A model generated the notes under the pieces. It made no database searches and was not told where the DNA came from. It saw only the letters and a list, made by a program, of their open reading frames with translations. DNA of 63,423 nucleotides, the filler included, from Octopus bimaculoides (taxonomy: Eukaryota), in assembly GCF_001194135.2 (NCBI RefSeq). It is 7 parts of 7 records of this genome, joined end to end, with 100 filler letters (N's around TTAATTAATTAA, not from the genome) between each part and the next. Parts side by side here need not be neighbours in the genome. Positions count along the whole stretch, not along the records: positions 38,771 to 55,205 come from NC_068993.1; positions 55,306 to 61,029 come from NC_068982.1; positions 61,130 to 63,423 come from NC_069001.1; 4 more parts are not named here. One strand, given 5' to 3'. Positions 52,041 through 63,423 of the stretch are shown here, in pieces; within the stretch, counting starts at the first letter, position 1; every line of letters starts with the position of its first letter. The position numbers and the translations under genes were made by a program.

Positions 52041-52800
52041 TTATTTTTCTTATTGCTTTCTGTTGAAGAGCGTAGGCTGGAAAAGTAAAAGAATTTCTCA
52101 CTTTCCCGAGCGTCAAACTGATACATTCCGTCGCATTTCTCGATGATTCTGTCAGCATACATCACTACCTCCAACCATAAGAAACACACCGACTCACACT
52201 CCTACCTTAACTTCGCCCTCTCCCATCCTACCCACACTATGATCTCCCTTCTCTACTCCAAATTCATCCGTCTGCAGTGACAACCATGACTTCGAGCTTC
52301 AGACTCAACTCATGGCTCGCGACTTCATCCACTCACCACTATTCACACGGCCCTTCCCAGAGCACGTTCCGTGGACCGTGCCTCTGCTCTTTCTCCTTGC
52401 ACCCACCCCGCCGTTGCCCGCCATCCGTTTCTCCTCACCTACAACTCCACCACCCTGCCTCTCCGACGCACCATTCTCCGAGACTTTCGGCGACTCCATC
52501 CCACCCCTCCACCTCGCACATATTTCCCAACTTATACTTCTCACACACTCATACACGCGCGCACCTAGTTTTGGGCTCACCAATACTTTATTATTTCCCC
52601 TTCTTTCAGCCTTTCCTTTGAAGCCTTTTCTTTCCAACCAGCCGTCCGTCATGCTTGACTGCTAAATCAACAAGTATTTTTTTCTTTTATTCTATTTGTT
52701 TATATTCTCTTATTCCTTTCTGTTGAAGAGCGTAGGCTGGAAACGTAAAAGAATTTCTCACCCTCTCGAGTATCAAACTAATACACCTCCTTGTTCATAC
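52041..52800 (+). mobile_element. Internally deleted Penelope-like element: pLTR(HHR) - RT/linker relic - pLTR(HHR)
   Basis: Direct repeats at 52041-52125 and 52701-52785, offset 660 bp, each with an HHR-like motif; the interior encodes frameshifted Penelope-type motifs. Confidence 0.8.
52176..52540 (+). pseudogene. Penelope-like RT C-terminus/linker fragment (frameshifted)
   Basis: HKKHTDSHSYLNFALSHPTHTMISLLYSKFIRL / DNHDFELQTQLMARDFIH / PFLLTYNSTTLPLRRTILRDFRRL match the known PLE pattern KPTDSHSYL..SSHP...SIPYSQFLRL..ICSD..F.....M...F...PLVLTY......I..II...F..L. Confidence 0.8.
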
Positions 52801-53470
52801 ACCTATCTTCGTATTTTATTTTTCTGTAAATTTCAAATATGGGATCGTTTTCTGCTCTGAATTACTTCAACACGGTCCTCCACAATGGATGGAGTGCAGT
52901 AAGCGACACAAGAAAATGATAAAGTATAAATAATACGCATATAAAGAAATATAGCCACTGCGAACACTCTACACATTCTACTAAAGACTTCAATGACAGG
53001 ACAAAATAAACAGAATATAGAAAAGCACTACTTTCTAGCAGAAACATTTCAATTCCAGTTTTTCATAATGTTCAGAATAATTCATATGATCGTTGGAATG
53101 TATATAAATGACGTTTGGCATCAAAGCTCATTGGAACTGATTAGTTTCAATCTGAAACAAGATTTCTCAATAAATAATGCATAATAATGACTCGTGTTAC
53201 TGGAGAAAATCTACATATCATAGCTTGCTTTCAATTCAGATTGTTACATGTATATTTATATAAATGCACGTATGTCTGTATGTGTGTTTGTGTGCCTCTG
53301 TGTGAGTAAGCATATGTCTATATATATNNNNNNNNNNNNNNNNNNNNNNNNNNNNNNNNNNNNNNNNNNNNNNNNNNNNNNNNNNNNNNNNNNNNNNNNN
53401 NNNNNNNNNNNNNNNNNNNNNNNNNNNNNNNNNNNNNNNNNNNNNNNNNNNNNNNNNNNNNNNNNNNGAC

Positions 53471-53508
<38 letters not shown>

Positions 53509-55155
53509 GTGTGTACGTATACGTATTACCCATACATATATCGGTGCTTGAGCGCGTGTGTGTTCATGTGAGTGTATTTATGTTTGTGCATGTGTATACA
53601 TGTGTTAGAAAGGATAGAAGTGATAACACTAGAGCAGAGCCACAGGTCGTTAACAATTTAAAAGAAAAACTATTAATTTCCTATCTTAACATGTCACAAA
53701 TTGCGTCCAATTTCAGAAGGCACTTAAACCAGTTCAATTTATTATATTTTTTTCACCTCTCTTTTCTTTTTACAAAATCATCTTTGTTAAGAACTTTCAT
53801 TTCCTTTTATATTCACTACTATTTCACTCCATTTCTTTTTGTGTGTGTGTGTGTGTTTGTTTTTCTGATGTTGTCAGATCAAAATATATTAACATTTAAA
53901 AAATTGTTATTTCACACAATTTCTAACAACTCATACTGTTATCTATTCCAATTGCTGTCTAATTTCCGCAAGAATAGAATTTCAATTGCAGTAGCATCTT
54001 GGATACTGAATCATTTCCTCAAAAGCTAAATTCCAGTGCTTCTTTCTAAATCAGTCATGCACGTTCCATGTGATGTCTTTCATTGTATTTTGTATTTATT
54101 TTCTTAACATCACTTGGTAATATATGCAATCTTATCCCACCTAAATAGATGCTTTCTAAACACAATATTTTAAACAATAAATTGGAGCGTTACAACGCGA
54201 AAATCATTTAGAATGATTGAGGTGTATGTGATAAGAATCACATTGTTCAGTGTTGTGGAAAATTATGATATACATTAGAGAATGTATTATAAAACACTTG
54301 CAATAAAGACGTACTCTTCCGACAAAATTGTTAGTCGGTCGACGTCAGTGTCCTTGATTTACAACATTGTTTCATTAACAAAGAAGTAATAGTCTTCGTC
54401 ATATTCAAAGAACGAAGTAAATATAATACAGAATAACTAAGCAAAAGTTTAGAGTTTCGAAAGATTCAGTTCCTTTGTTTTGCTTTTAACATTAAGATTA
54501 TTAATTATCGGTGACTCATTGAACTAAGTTTGGGGAGATGTAATTAGTTACGGGCAGTTTTCTTTATTTTTTTTACTGTAAAACAAGCTATGCAATATTC
54601 GTAGAATCAGCAAACAATATTACTTAAACCAAGGAGAAATATGTATAATATGATGGATACAGAAGTTGTTAATGAGATACTTTAAGTTTGACACTCAGTT
54701 GGTACAGTACTCAGATGGAGCTTTATAAGATACTGTGTTCGATGAGGCATCGTGGAAGTTCAAATGACAAGGGTACTACTCGAGAAACAATAAATCATGA
54801 TAAAAGACGAGAGGAAAGCGTTAGGCCAAAGTAGGATAAGAATTGTCTCCTTATAATTTTACTTCAATAATACAGTTTCAAATCTCAAGTTCAGAATACT
54901 GCAAATATTCTAGGACCGAATACGGATGTCCCTTCTTTCAGCTGTATGAAGCCTGCACTAGTTTAACCCAATAATGTATAAACTAGATCATTCTTAGATC
55001 ACCCATTTAATATTATCTGGCGTATTGCTGATTTTATGTTTTAGATATGGCTTGTTAGCTTGTAAAATGTGCAGACTTTGTATACCCGTTAACGCTAGCA
55101 TTTTCAGTAAATGCAATATGCACTATTTGTGAATGCATATGTGCATGTATAATTA

Positions 55156-55205
<50 letters not shown>

Positions 55206-55305
55206 NNNNNNNNNNNNNNNNNNNNNNNNNNNNNNNNNNNNNNNNNNNNTTAATTAATTAANNNNNNNNNNNNNNNNNNNNNNNNNNNNNNNNNNNNNNN
55301 NNNNN

Positions 55306-55325
55306 ATTATTATTATTATTATCAT

Positions 55326-55416
<91 letters not shown>
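55306..55416. repeat. (ATT)n(ACT)n(ATT)n array, i.e. (TAA)/(TAG) on the minus strand, at the LINE 3' end
   Basis: Direct reading. Confidence 0.95.
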
Positions 55417-55691
55417 GCTTTTGCACAGCTTCTAACGCTGGAGATGTACTACGGTATCAGGTGTTCACTACCAGTGAACTAAGGTAACACCTCTTATTTT
55501 TCGATCAGTTCAAAACAATGGTGTTTTCTACAAGTGGTCCATCTTTATTGCAGCCCCTATTTGTTCCATGTACTTCTCAAGATTTTTACTCACTGTTCCC
55601 AGGGCTCCGACAATTATTGGTACTACTACCACCTTCTTCATCGACCACAGCTGCTTAAACTCCCAAGCTAACATGTGATATCCATCGACAT

Positions 55692-55695
<4 letters not shown>
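55417..55695 (-). mobile_element. 5'-truncated R4/Dong-type non-LTR retrotransposon 3' end (restriction-like endonuclease C-terminus)
   Basis: Minus strand KHVDGYHMLAWEFKQLWSMKKVVVVPIIVGALGTVSKNLEKYMEQIG...L*KTPLF matches the RLE-clade KY.DL..E...LW....VVPIIVGALG...K.L...L motif; followed by (TAA)n. Confidence 0.85.
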
Positions 55696-55739
<44 letters not shown>

Positions 55740-57299
55740 GTGATTTGGGGGTTGGTCTAGCTAAGTTTGTGACAATATTTTATATCCTAAAGGCAAATTC
55801 ACAACAGTTATGGCGAATAGAATTTCTCTACTATTTTAAAAGTTGTAAAATCTGCCTGGCCAGATTCAAAGCCGTAGCTTTATATAAAACCAATCTACAT
55901 CAGTGATTGATTTGCGCTCGTGGGTAACTTGGACTAAATAGAGTAGCAGCATCAGCGCAAAGTAGCGATGGGGAATAAAAGAGCTTTAAGCTTGCTAATA
56001 TATATTTATGACATATTTGCACTTGTAAAAGCAACCTAGCAGCACTTACAGTGTAAACACTGTGAATATGGTATTTTTACACATTTTACAATAAGAGAGA
56101 ACATTTTCTTAAATGTAACTATAGCGAATTTGTCCATAAAAGGGTTAAAGTGTTAGAAACACATTTCAATTAACCTACAGTTCGTTTATTCTTCATCAGT
56201 ACACAAACACACACACGCACACTCACACGCGCACACACACACACACACATACACACAAGCACATTATACCTAAATGTATACACATATCTGAATATGCTTA
56301 CGTGCTCGCATACACACACACACACTTGCACGGACAAACACATATATGTCAATCTATATTACTGTCAATTTCTTGCATTAAATATCTTATTAATTAGAAT
56401 TCGATTTTATGTTATTAATAATAAATGAGACTATACTCCATATAGCATTATAGTTCTTTAAGAGGACTGCATGAATTTCAATAGCTTGAGTAGTTTTAAT
56501 TGATGAGCGCTCATAGGCGTGAATAATTGTAATTTGAATAAATGATTTATAGTCTTCTATACAGCATTGACGTGTTAGATATTTATGGCTACCTCGCAAT
56601 ACATAAATCACGTGTGGTTTATTTGACGCATATCTAAGAAATCAACACTACATAGTCAACTTCCTTTCGAAAGAAACTTGCAAATGAGACATTATGTCTG
56701 TGTTAAAATGTTCGACTGACAAAAGGATGAATATAAATGTATTTAAACCAGTACAATAATCAATAATCATTTCATGATACCCACACGGAATCTCCGAACA
56801 AATCTACAAGTGAATGCGTTGTTTATTAGGGAGTCTCACTATGTTTCTACCAGAGTTCAATCTCTCTTTATACACCTGCGCATTGAATATTTAACACTAA
56901 AGTCATTATTAATAATATATCCTATCACATTCTTCCTAACAACTATCTTAAACTAAATTACAAGGCATTTTGAGGTTGCGGACCACGGAACTATCGATGC
57001 ACTGCTTTGAATTGTTTGGGAACATTCTCAAGAGTAAACTACCATTTTTGGAAATCTATACCTCAGACACCATTGATATTATTTACGATGACACATACAC
57101 TAAATGTCCATTCTTGGAGTCTGGCAATTAATGGCTTGTTATACGTAGGTACATTTTGAAACAAAATGTGGTGGGATAGATTATTTAGAAAATATTCTTA
57201 TAACTGTGGTCATTATACCTTTTGTAGAAACGTGAAAGACTGGCTTGTACGTACTATTATTACGTTATCACCTTCATTATTAGAATACGTTCTTAGCAA

Positions 57300-58660
57300 A
57301 AGCGTTTACCGAATTATTCATTCTTTGACAGTCATTAATAGTAGATTCGTCGCGCGAGTGTAGAAAAGTGATTGAATTTTCCTTTTATAATACTTGCAGA
57401 CGTATTATATCGGTTAATTATTTCCTATTTCCATTGAATAGGCCCATGTATCTCATAGAAGTTTCAATTAAACCTAAGTCGCTGCACAAATACACATGGG
57501 AAATATTACTTTAGCTTGGCTAAAGTTTTTTTCAAATTAACCAAACATAGCTGAGAACAGAATAAAATGTAGACCTGAATAATCAGAATTTTATTGTCTG
57601 CTCCTGAAGAGAAAATAAAATCTGGAAGAATTCGGCGTATGTCAGATTTACAGTTTAGTTATTCTGCACAAAGAACAGCTGCCATTGGTTTCTCCACACG
57701 CTGTCAGAGATTATATTATCAAGCAAATCTGTGACTCTCTTTCTCACAGTAAAATACTACTTTATGTCTGTTGTACTTAGAAAATATCGAAGAACTAATG
57801 GACGAAGCATTGTGTGATAATACATCGAATAAAAGCTTGATAAGGCAGAAACAATGCGAGATGAAATGCCAAGTGAAGTACAAGTGTGAATACCCAACAG
57901 CAATTTACATTTTTCTTAGCAATTTGATATTTTTGAGTTAGGACCTCTTCTTCAGGACAGATTCAGAAATGAGACATGAGATAAATCGTTGCTCAAGTAT
58001 TTGAAAAGAAGATAGGAGCATGCGCATTCTGGTATTGTTATGATAGCGAGTCGGCTTCGTGTGTTTATTTTCCTGATGTATGAACTTTATAATAAGTATG
58101 AATTACTTGATTTGAAGTTTTCCCGGATCATTAGACTAGACAAACGCCGAAAAGAAGAAGAGAAAATTATTTTTACATCAGCTTTTTTTCTGCCTGATAT
58201 ATTAACGTCTGAATTGGGAGATTTTTGGAAGAGATCGATAACAATAGGGGGTTAGAATTCTGTATTGGTGTCCGACAATCAAGTATCTCTCCCTGCTGTT
58301 TGCATAACCTGGAATATTCTGTGAAAATCTGAAGGGCATATCATTAATGCTGTATGATTTTCATTTAATGCTGAGACACTATTTCATTCGGAATTCTCCG
58401 ATCTACACTCTTTACTTCTTAGCTCCCCTTTTCCAATCGCCAGGAGTCTCTCAAAATATTAAGCTATATCTTCAGGTGTACACTTCGTAACATTTATTGA
58501 CTGTTCTAGCATTACTGTTAATTTCTGTTGAGACTCTAAGGAATCTTAATCGTTATATTTTTTATTCAGCTTCACATAGTGATGCCATAGTTTCTTACAA
58601 ATAGCTTTTAACTCATTTTAAAGTTTTCTGCATTGTGTATATGTTAGCCTTATAGTTAAT
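57300..58660 (-). pseudogene. Heavily decayed L1/Tx1-like ORF2 (EN-RT linker through RT)
   Basis: Hand translation: NELKAICKKLWHHYVKLNKK...GELRSKECRSENSE*NS (linker pattern GA..RSK..W...GE.NS); later *FEKNFS (like DFEKAFD) and DLGLIETSMRYMGLF; many stops. Confidence 0.45.
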
Positions 58661-59306
58661 GTTTTGCATTCATTCGGTAAAAAGTATATATATATATTTG
58701 CTTTTTTTGAGTATTGTCATATCACTGATATTTTCTGTAGCTTACAGATCGGATTTCTGTTTTCCAAATACATGATGACACACTTATTATTTTCCATTCT
58801 ATTTCACTTCACAACGAATGAGCGTACAGTGTAGGAACAAGTCTCTGTTGTAAATAACAACTTCAAATTATTTATTCAAGATTTACTTTAAATCTGTTAT
58901 TTTTTTTTTAATCTAAAAGTTAGAGGAAGTTTCTCGTGCCGTAAGATTTGAAACATTTCATCGAATATTAAATTTCTATTCTTTATTACGCCGCAAAATT
59001 TCAGTACACTGTACACATAATAGCATCCCTGCAGCCACTCTCACAAAATGATTTTCGTCATTATCACACCAATCTAACATTGTATTCATGGTCTAATAAG
59101 TCATGTGATACCATCCTTTTTATAGATTTGACTAATTTGTGAGTATGTATATATAGCTATACAAATACAATCAGGAACTCACACGCGTTGAAAAGTCGTT
59201 TTGGCATTTGATTTAAACCAGGGTAAGTTCTTCTTGGTAGAAATATATTTCTTTGGGGAGATATTCTATTGTCAATTCATAGCAGTATTATTACCAACTT
59301 CATAAT

Positions 59307-59481
59307 TATTATGTCTCAAGCTACTGCTATCTAGCACCTTCGGACGATCTCTACTCAACCGCTACAGGACTGCTACTCAAGAGCTACTCAACCGTCATTC
59401 AATACTCTACCACTGTCAGACTACCTCTATTTATATTTCTTGGGCAATCCAACTTCTACGCTTGGGAGCATCGTCACAACA
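59307..59481 (-). mobile_element. Solo LTR (175 bp) with 5-bp TSD ATAAT
   Basis: ataat[TATTATGTCTC...CACAACA]ataat; homologous to 33710-33844, with an internal ctactcaaccg duplication. Confidence 0.8.
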
Positions 59482-59806
59482 ATAATTTTAAGGACGAAGT
59501 AAACCACAGATTTTGTTTCTTCCCTAATTACTACAAATAATTTCCTTTTTGCTTGCATCTTTGGTGTTGTTTTTTTATAGGTACTTTTCCAAAATTTATC
59601 ATATTGTGTCAATAATGTTGTTTGAGGTAAATCAGTGGATAACAAATTCACTTAAGAGATGACATAACTTTAACCAACAATAGAATGTCATCTTCAACGA
59701 ATACAATTAGGCAAATAGTCAATAGTTTAACAAGATTAATAATCGTGAAAGCTATTATGCAGCGATAATTCAATGTATAAGCCCCCACGCAAAGCATGAT
59801 ACTGCG

Positions 59807-59807
<1 letters not shown>

Positions 59808-59869
<62 letters not shown>

Positions 59870-59870
59870 A
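59808..59870. repeat. (TAC)n microsatellite
   Basis: Direct reading. Confidence 0.97.
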
Positions 59871-60812
59871 TAAGTGTGCGAGTGCACATGTGTATATGCG
59901 TGTATAACACTGTGTTAATGGATGTATGTGACTATTTCTAGCGGCAACCGCTCCCGAAATGAAAGAACGTAATGTTCGTAAACGTATCATTTAAAAAATG
60001 TTTTTTTAATTTGTATCATTTCTATCATTCAGCTGGCCTCGTAAATATATAAACGCTAAAATGACAATAGATTTGGTAAAATAAACAAATACATTACAGG
60101 GGAACTTTTACAAAATGTTTCAATCGTTAAATGTGTTCTGTTTATAGGTACGGATATTTTCATATTCATAAGATCTTTCGTCATGGTTGCTACATTTAAA
60201 TTTAATTCGCAATGTTATTTCTACAAATTTAACGAACCATCCAGACCATATAATTAAATTAGATTGCTTTAATGCTTTTCTTAATGTGGCTGTTATTTTT
60301 TTAATATTATTTTGCCAATATTTCGAAAAATCAATTCTTTGTTATGAATTTATTCTCAGTTTAACTCTCTGGAGACATAGGAACACAAGCATAATTAAAT
60401 AAAGAAAATTTCCTTTATACAGAAACAAAACAGACATTTGTACCAAAAAATATTTAAATAAAACATAACTCAATTTATCTGAAAGAATAAATGGAAAGAA
60501 TACCTGAGATACTCTGAAACCTCTGTAATGCAAAAATCTGCGAAGGTTTTTCGACTAATATCTTCTATGGGTATTTCTTTAAATATGAGTCAGAAGATAC
60601 ACTCTTCATAATATCATTCATTGTCATAATTCCATCTTGCAATTCGTGTGTAAAATTATAAACATTTATAGCTGCATCAACGTTGATTGACTAAAAAGTG
60701 TACTTCCTAAGAGCATAGTACTAATTTCTGGCAAATCACGTGACCTTCTATTCGACTGTGGTTTTCAGTGGACTCGATTTGGGACTACAATAAGATGTGA
60801 GTTACTAGGTGG

Positions 60813-60813
<1 letters not shown>

Positions 60814-60887
<74 letters not shown>

Positions 60888-60892
60888 ACTAA

Positions 60893-60934
<42 letters not shown>

Positions 60935-60960
60935 GTCTATCTGTCTATCTATCTATCTAA

Positions 60961-61029
<69 letters not shown>
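60814..61029. repeat. Long (TATC)n array
   Basis: Direct reading. Confidence 0.97.
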
Positions 61030-61584
61030 NNNNNNNNNNNNNNNNNNNNNNNNNNNNNNNNNNNNNNNNNNNNTTAATTAATTAANNNNNNNNNNNNNNN
61101 NNNNNNNNNNNNNNNNNNNNNNNNNNNNNATCAGCTGTCACGGTTTATCTCCAGCAGAACGAGACACGCAAAGAAAAAAGAATTAGAATTCATGGCCTAA
61201 AAATTAGGAACAACGAGATAAATACGTGTATATTAAATAACAAAGAAGATAGATTTTTTTTTTTTTTGGTTTATTGAAATTATCTCCGTGTCCAGAAACA
61301 ATGTGTGTGAGTATATATTTAGATTTGTGTGTGTGTTTGTGTGTGTGTTTACACGCATGGGTGCTTGTGTATGTGTTTTCATACTTGTTCAGACTCTTAT
61401 TCGCACCTTTATCCGTAATCTCTCCTCACTCTCTCTTCCTCCTCCTCCTCCTCTCTTTCCTCTCTCCCTCTCTCTCCCTTACTCAAGCCACCTGGTCCGT
61501 TTATTCCAACCCTTTTCCTCATCTTCTCTCTTCATTCATTCGGCCTCTCCCTCTCACTCACTCTCTGCTTTTCTTTCGTAACTA

Positions 61585-61635
61585 TCACCACCACCACCAC
61601 CACCACCACCACCACCACCACCATCACCACCATCG

Positions 61636-61669
<34 letters not shown>

Positions 61670-62146
61670 GATCGGCGTCATCACAGCCGTTATCACCNNN
61701 NNNNNNNNNNNNNNNNNNNNNNNNNNNNNNNNNNNNNNNNNNNNNNNNNNNNNNNNNNNNNNNNNNNNNNNNNNNNNNNNNNNNNNNNNNNNNNNNNNNN
61801 NNNNNNNNNNNNNNNNNNNNNNNNNNNNNNNNNNNNNNNNNNNNNNNNNNNNNNNNNNNNNNNNNNNNNNNNNNNNNNNNNNNNNNNNNNNNNNNNNNNN
61901 NNNNNNNNNNNNNNNNNNNNNNNNNNNNNNNNNNNNNNNNNNNNNNNNNNNNNNNNNNNNNNNNNNNNNNNNNNNNNNNNNNNNNNNNNNNNNNNNNNCT
62001 TCACCACCACCACTACTACAACCACCAACACCACTACTACAACCACCGCGGCTGTCACTGCCGCCACCGCTGTCATCCCCTATATTCTTATATTTCGAAG
62101 AAAATGAATATCTCTGCGGGGGAGGACGGTACAATACCAAAAGGTA

Positions 62147-62178
<32 letters not shown>

Positions 62179-62215
62179 AATGATGGTGGTGGTGGTGGTG
62201 GTGATGATGATGATG
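61585..62215. repeat. Trinucleotide low-complexity block (CAC/CAT/CTA, GAT/GGT) spanning a gap
   Basis: Direct reading; source of the poly-H/T/D/G ORFs. Confidence 0.9.
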
Positions 62216-62716
62216 TTAATGAATTAAACGACGATGACAGTAATGAGTTTAGTGGAAAACAGAAGCACCATGTCGTTGGCGGTGGTGGCGGGGAGTGAAA
62301 ACACACCGCCATTGGTGAAGGTAACATGACATCACCACGTGATCATACAAGTGCTGACAATTTATTATAGGGAAACCATTGATGACAATACAAATACAGC
62401 ATACAATTTATTGAAAATATATTGTATTCACACAATTTCTTTTATTGGAAATAATTAAAATTTAATTAACAACCTTGATTCATTATCAGGATTTTGTTTC
62501 CCTATTTTTAATTTGAAGATTATTTTCTTTTATTTGTTTGTTTGTTTCCCTCACTAAATTTCGTTTTTCGTTTTCAGTTTTTGTAGCTTCCATTCTGTGT
62601 TGCTGATTATTGAGGTATCATTGTCATAAACACATGTACTTCCGGTTTTAGTATCGAATGGTATGAAAACCGATATAATAACGCGGAAAGAAAACAGGAA
62701 GAGGAGAAAGGTTGAT

Positions 62717-62801
62717 TCGGAGGCGTGGGGCCGATGGGGAGGCGTAGGGCCGATGGGGAGGCGTAGGGCCGATGGGGAGGCGTAGGGCCGATGGGGAGGC
62801 G
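62717..62801. repeat. GC-rich 19-bp minisatellite (GGGGAGGCGTAGGGCCGAT), about 4.5 copies
   Basis: Units at 62717, 62736, 62755, 62774 and a partial unit at 62793. Confidence 0.95.
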
Positions 62802-62927
62802 GAGGGAGGGAGAGAGGGAGGAAGGAAGGAAGAAGGACGAAGAACAACATGAAGATGAAGAAAGAAAAACGAGTAGGAGGAGGTGAAGAAAAAGAAGAAA
62901 AGGAAACGACAGAGGAGAAAAAAGAAA

Positions 62928-62972
<45 letters not shown>

Positions 62973-63070
62973 CAGTGGTAGAAGTAGTAGTAGTAGAAGA
63001 AAATGAAGAAGAAGAAGAAGAAGAAGAAGAAGAAGAAGAAGAAGAAGAAGAAGAAGAAGAACAACAACAA
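62928..63070. repeat. (GTA)n(GAA)n(CAA)n compound microsatellite
   Basis: Direct reading. Confidence 0.95.
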
Positions 63071-63071
63071 G

Positions 63072-63227
63072 GGCATGCACTGTTTATCTTGATACGAGAT
63101 CACCATGTGCACATCTGGTTGTGATGCATGTGCCTGGTGTACCTGATGGGCATAATGGGCTTCGTATATTTTACCCCAGTGTCACTTTGATGGCATGCAC
63201 TGCTCTCTCACTCAATAATAATAATAA
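63072..63227 (+). mobile_element. LINE/SINE 3' end, family F, with an (AAT)n tail
   Basis: ...gtcactttgatggcatgcactgctctctcactc-(aat)n; partial homologue at about 50300-50325. Confidence 0.75.
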
Positions 63228-63309
63228 CATCAACAAAAGCAATAACAATTGCTTTAATTTTTGGTATATGGCCAGCAATTTTAGAGGGAATAGAACAAGT
63301 CGAATTGCA

Positions 63310-63392
63310 AGACCAACAGTATTTGGCATGTGCTTATTCTATGGACCTCGAAAGGATAAAAGTCGCAGTTGATCTCAGCAGGAATCGAACTG
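63310..63392 (-). mobile_element. Family-A SINE fragment
   Basis: gacctcgaaaggataaaag...caggaatcgaactga is the reverse complement of the family-A B box and core. Confidence 0.55.
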
Positions 63393-63423
63393 ATAAATAA
63401 TTCGTCTGAAGAAGTCCTGCAAA

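Noticed and set aside
62104-63124. Acidic or poly-D/E/G ORFs near the window end as a low-complexity protein exon
   Set aside because: Pure trinucleotide arrays with no splice or homology support.

Overview
AT-rich eukaryotic draft-assembly DNA, very dense in microsatellites, with many N gaps. I could not support any intact protein-coding gene. Almost all ORFs in the supplied track are translations of microsatellites or N gaps. From recall of the repeat families (tRNA-headed SINEs, (AAT)n-tailed LINE 3' ends) plus the microsatellite load, this looks like intronic or intergenic Octopus DNA; that is an inference and I ran no search. Interpretable content: several tRNA-derived SINE families, Tc1/mariner MITEs with TIRs, two solo LTRs with 5-bp target-site duplications, an R4/Dong-type LINE 3' end on a (TAA)n array, decayed L1/Tx1-like ORF2 relics, a long-TIR foldback element and artificial 100-bp gap markers. 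The main unexpected signal is a set of minimal type-I hammerhead-ribozyme (HHR) motifs. One is fused behind a Pol III tRNA-like head (31299-31546). Two lie exactly 660 bp apart around a Penelope RT/linker fragment, a retrozyme-like layout (52056-52754). One has an intact catalytic core (17521-17620), and several more are decayed. All folds were worked out by hand and most copies carry mutations expected to inactivate them.
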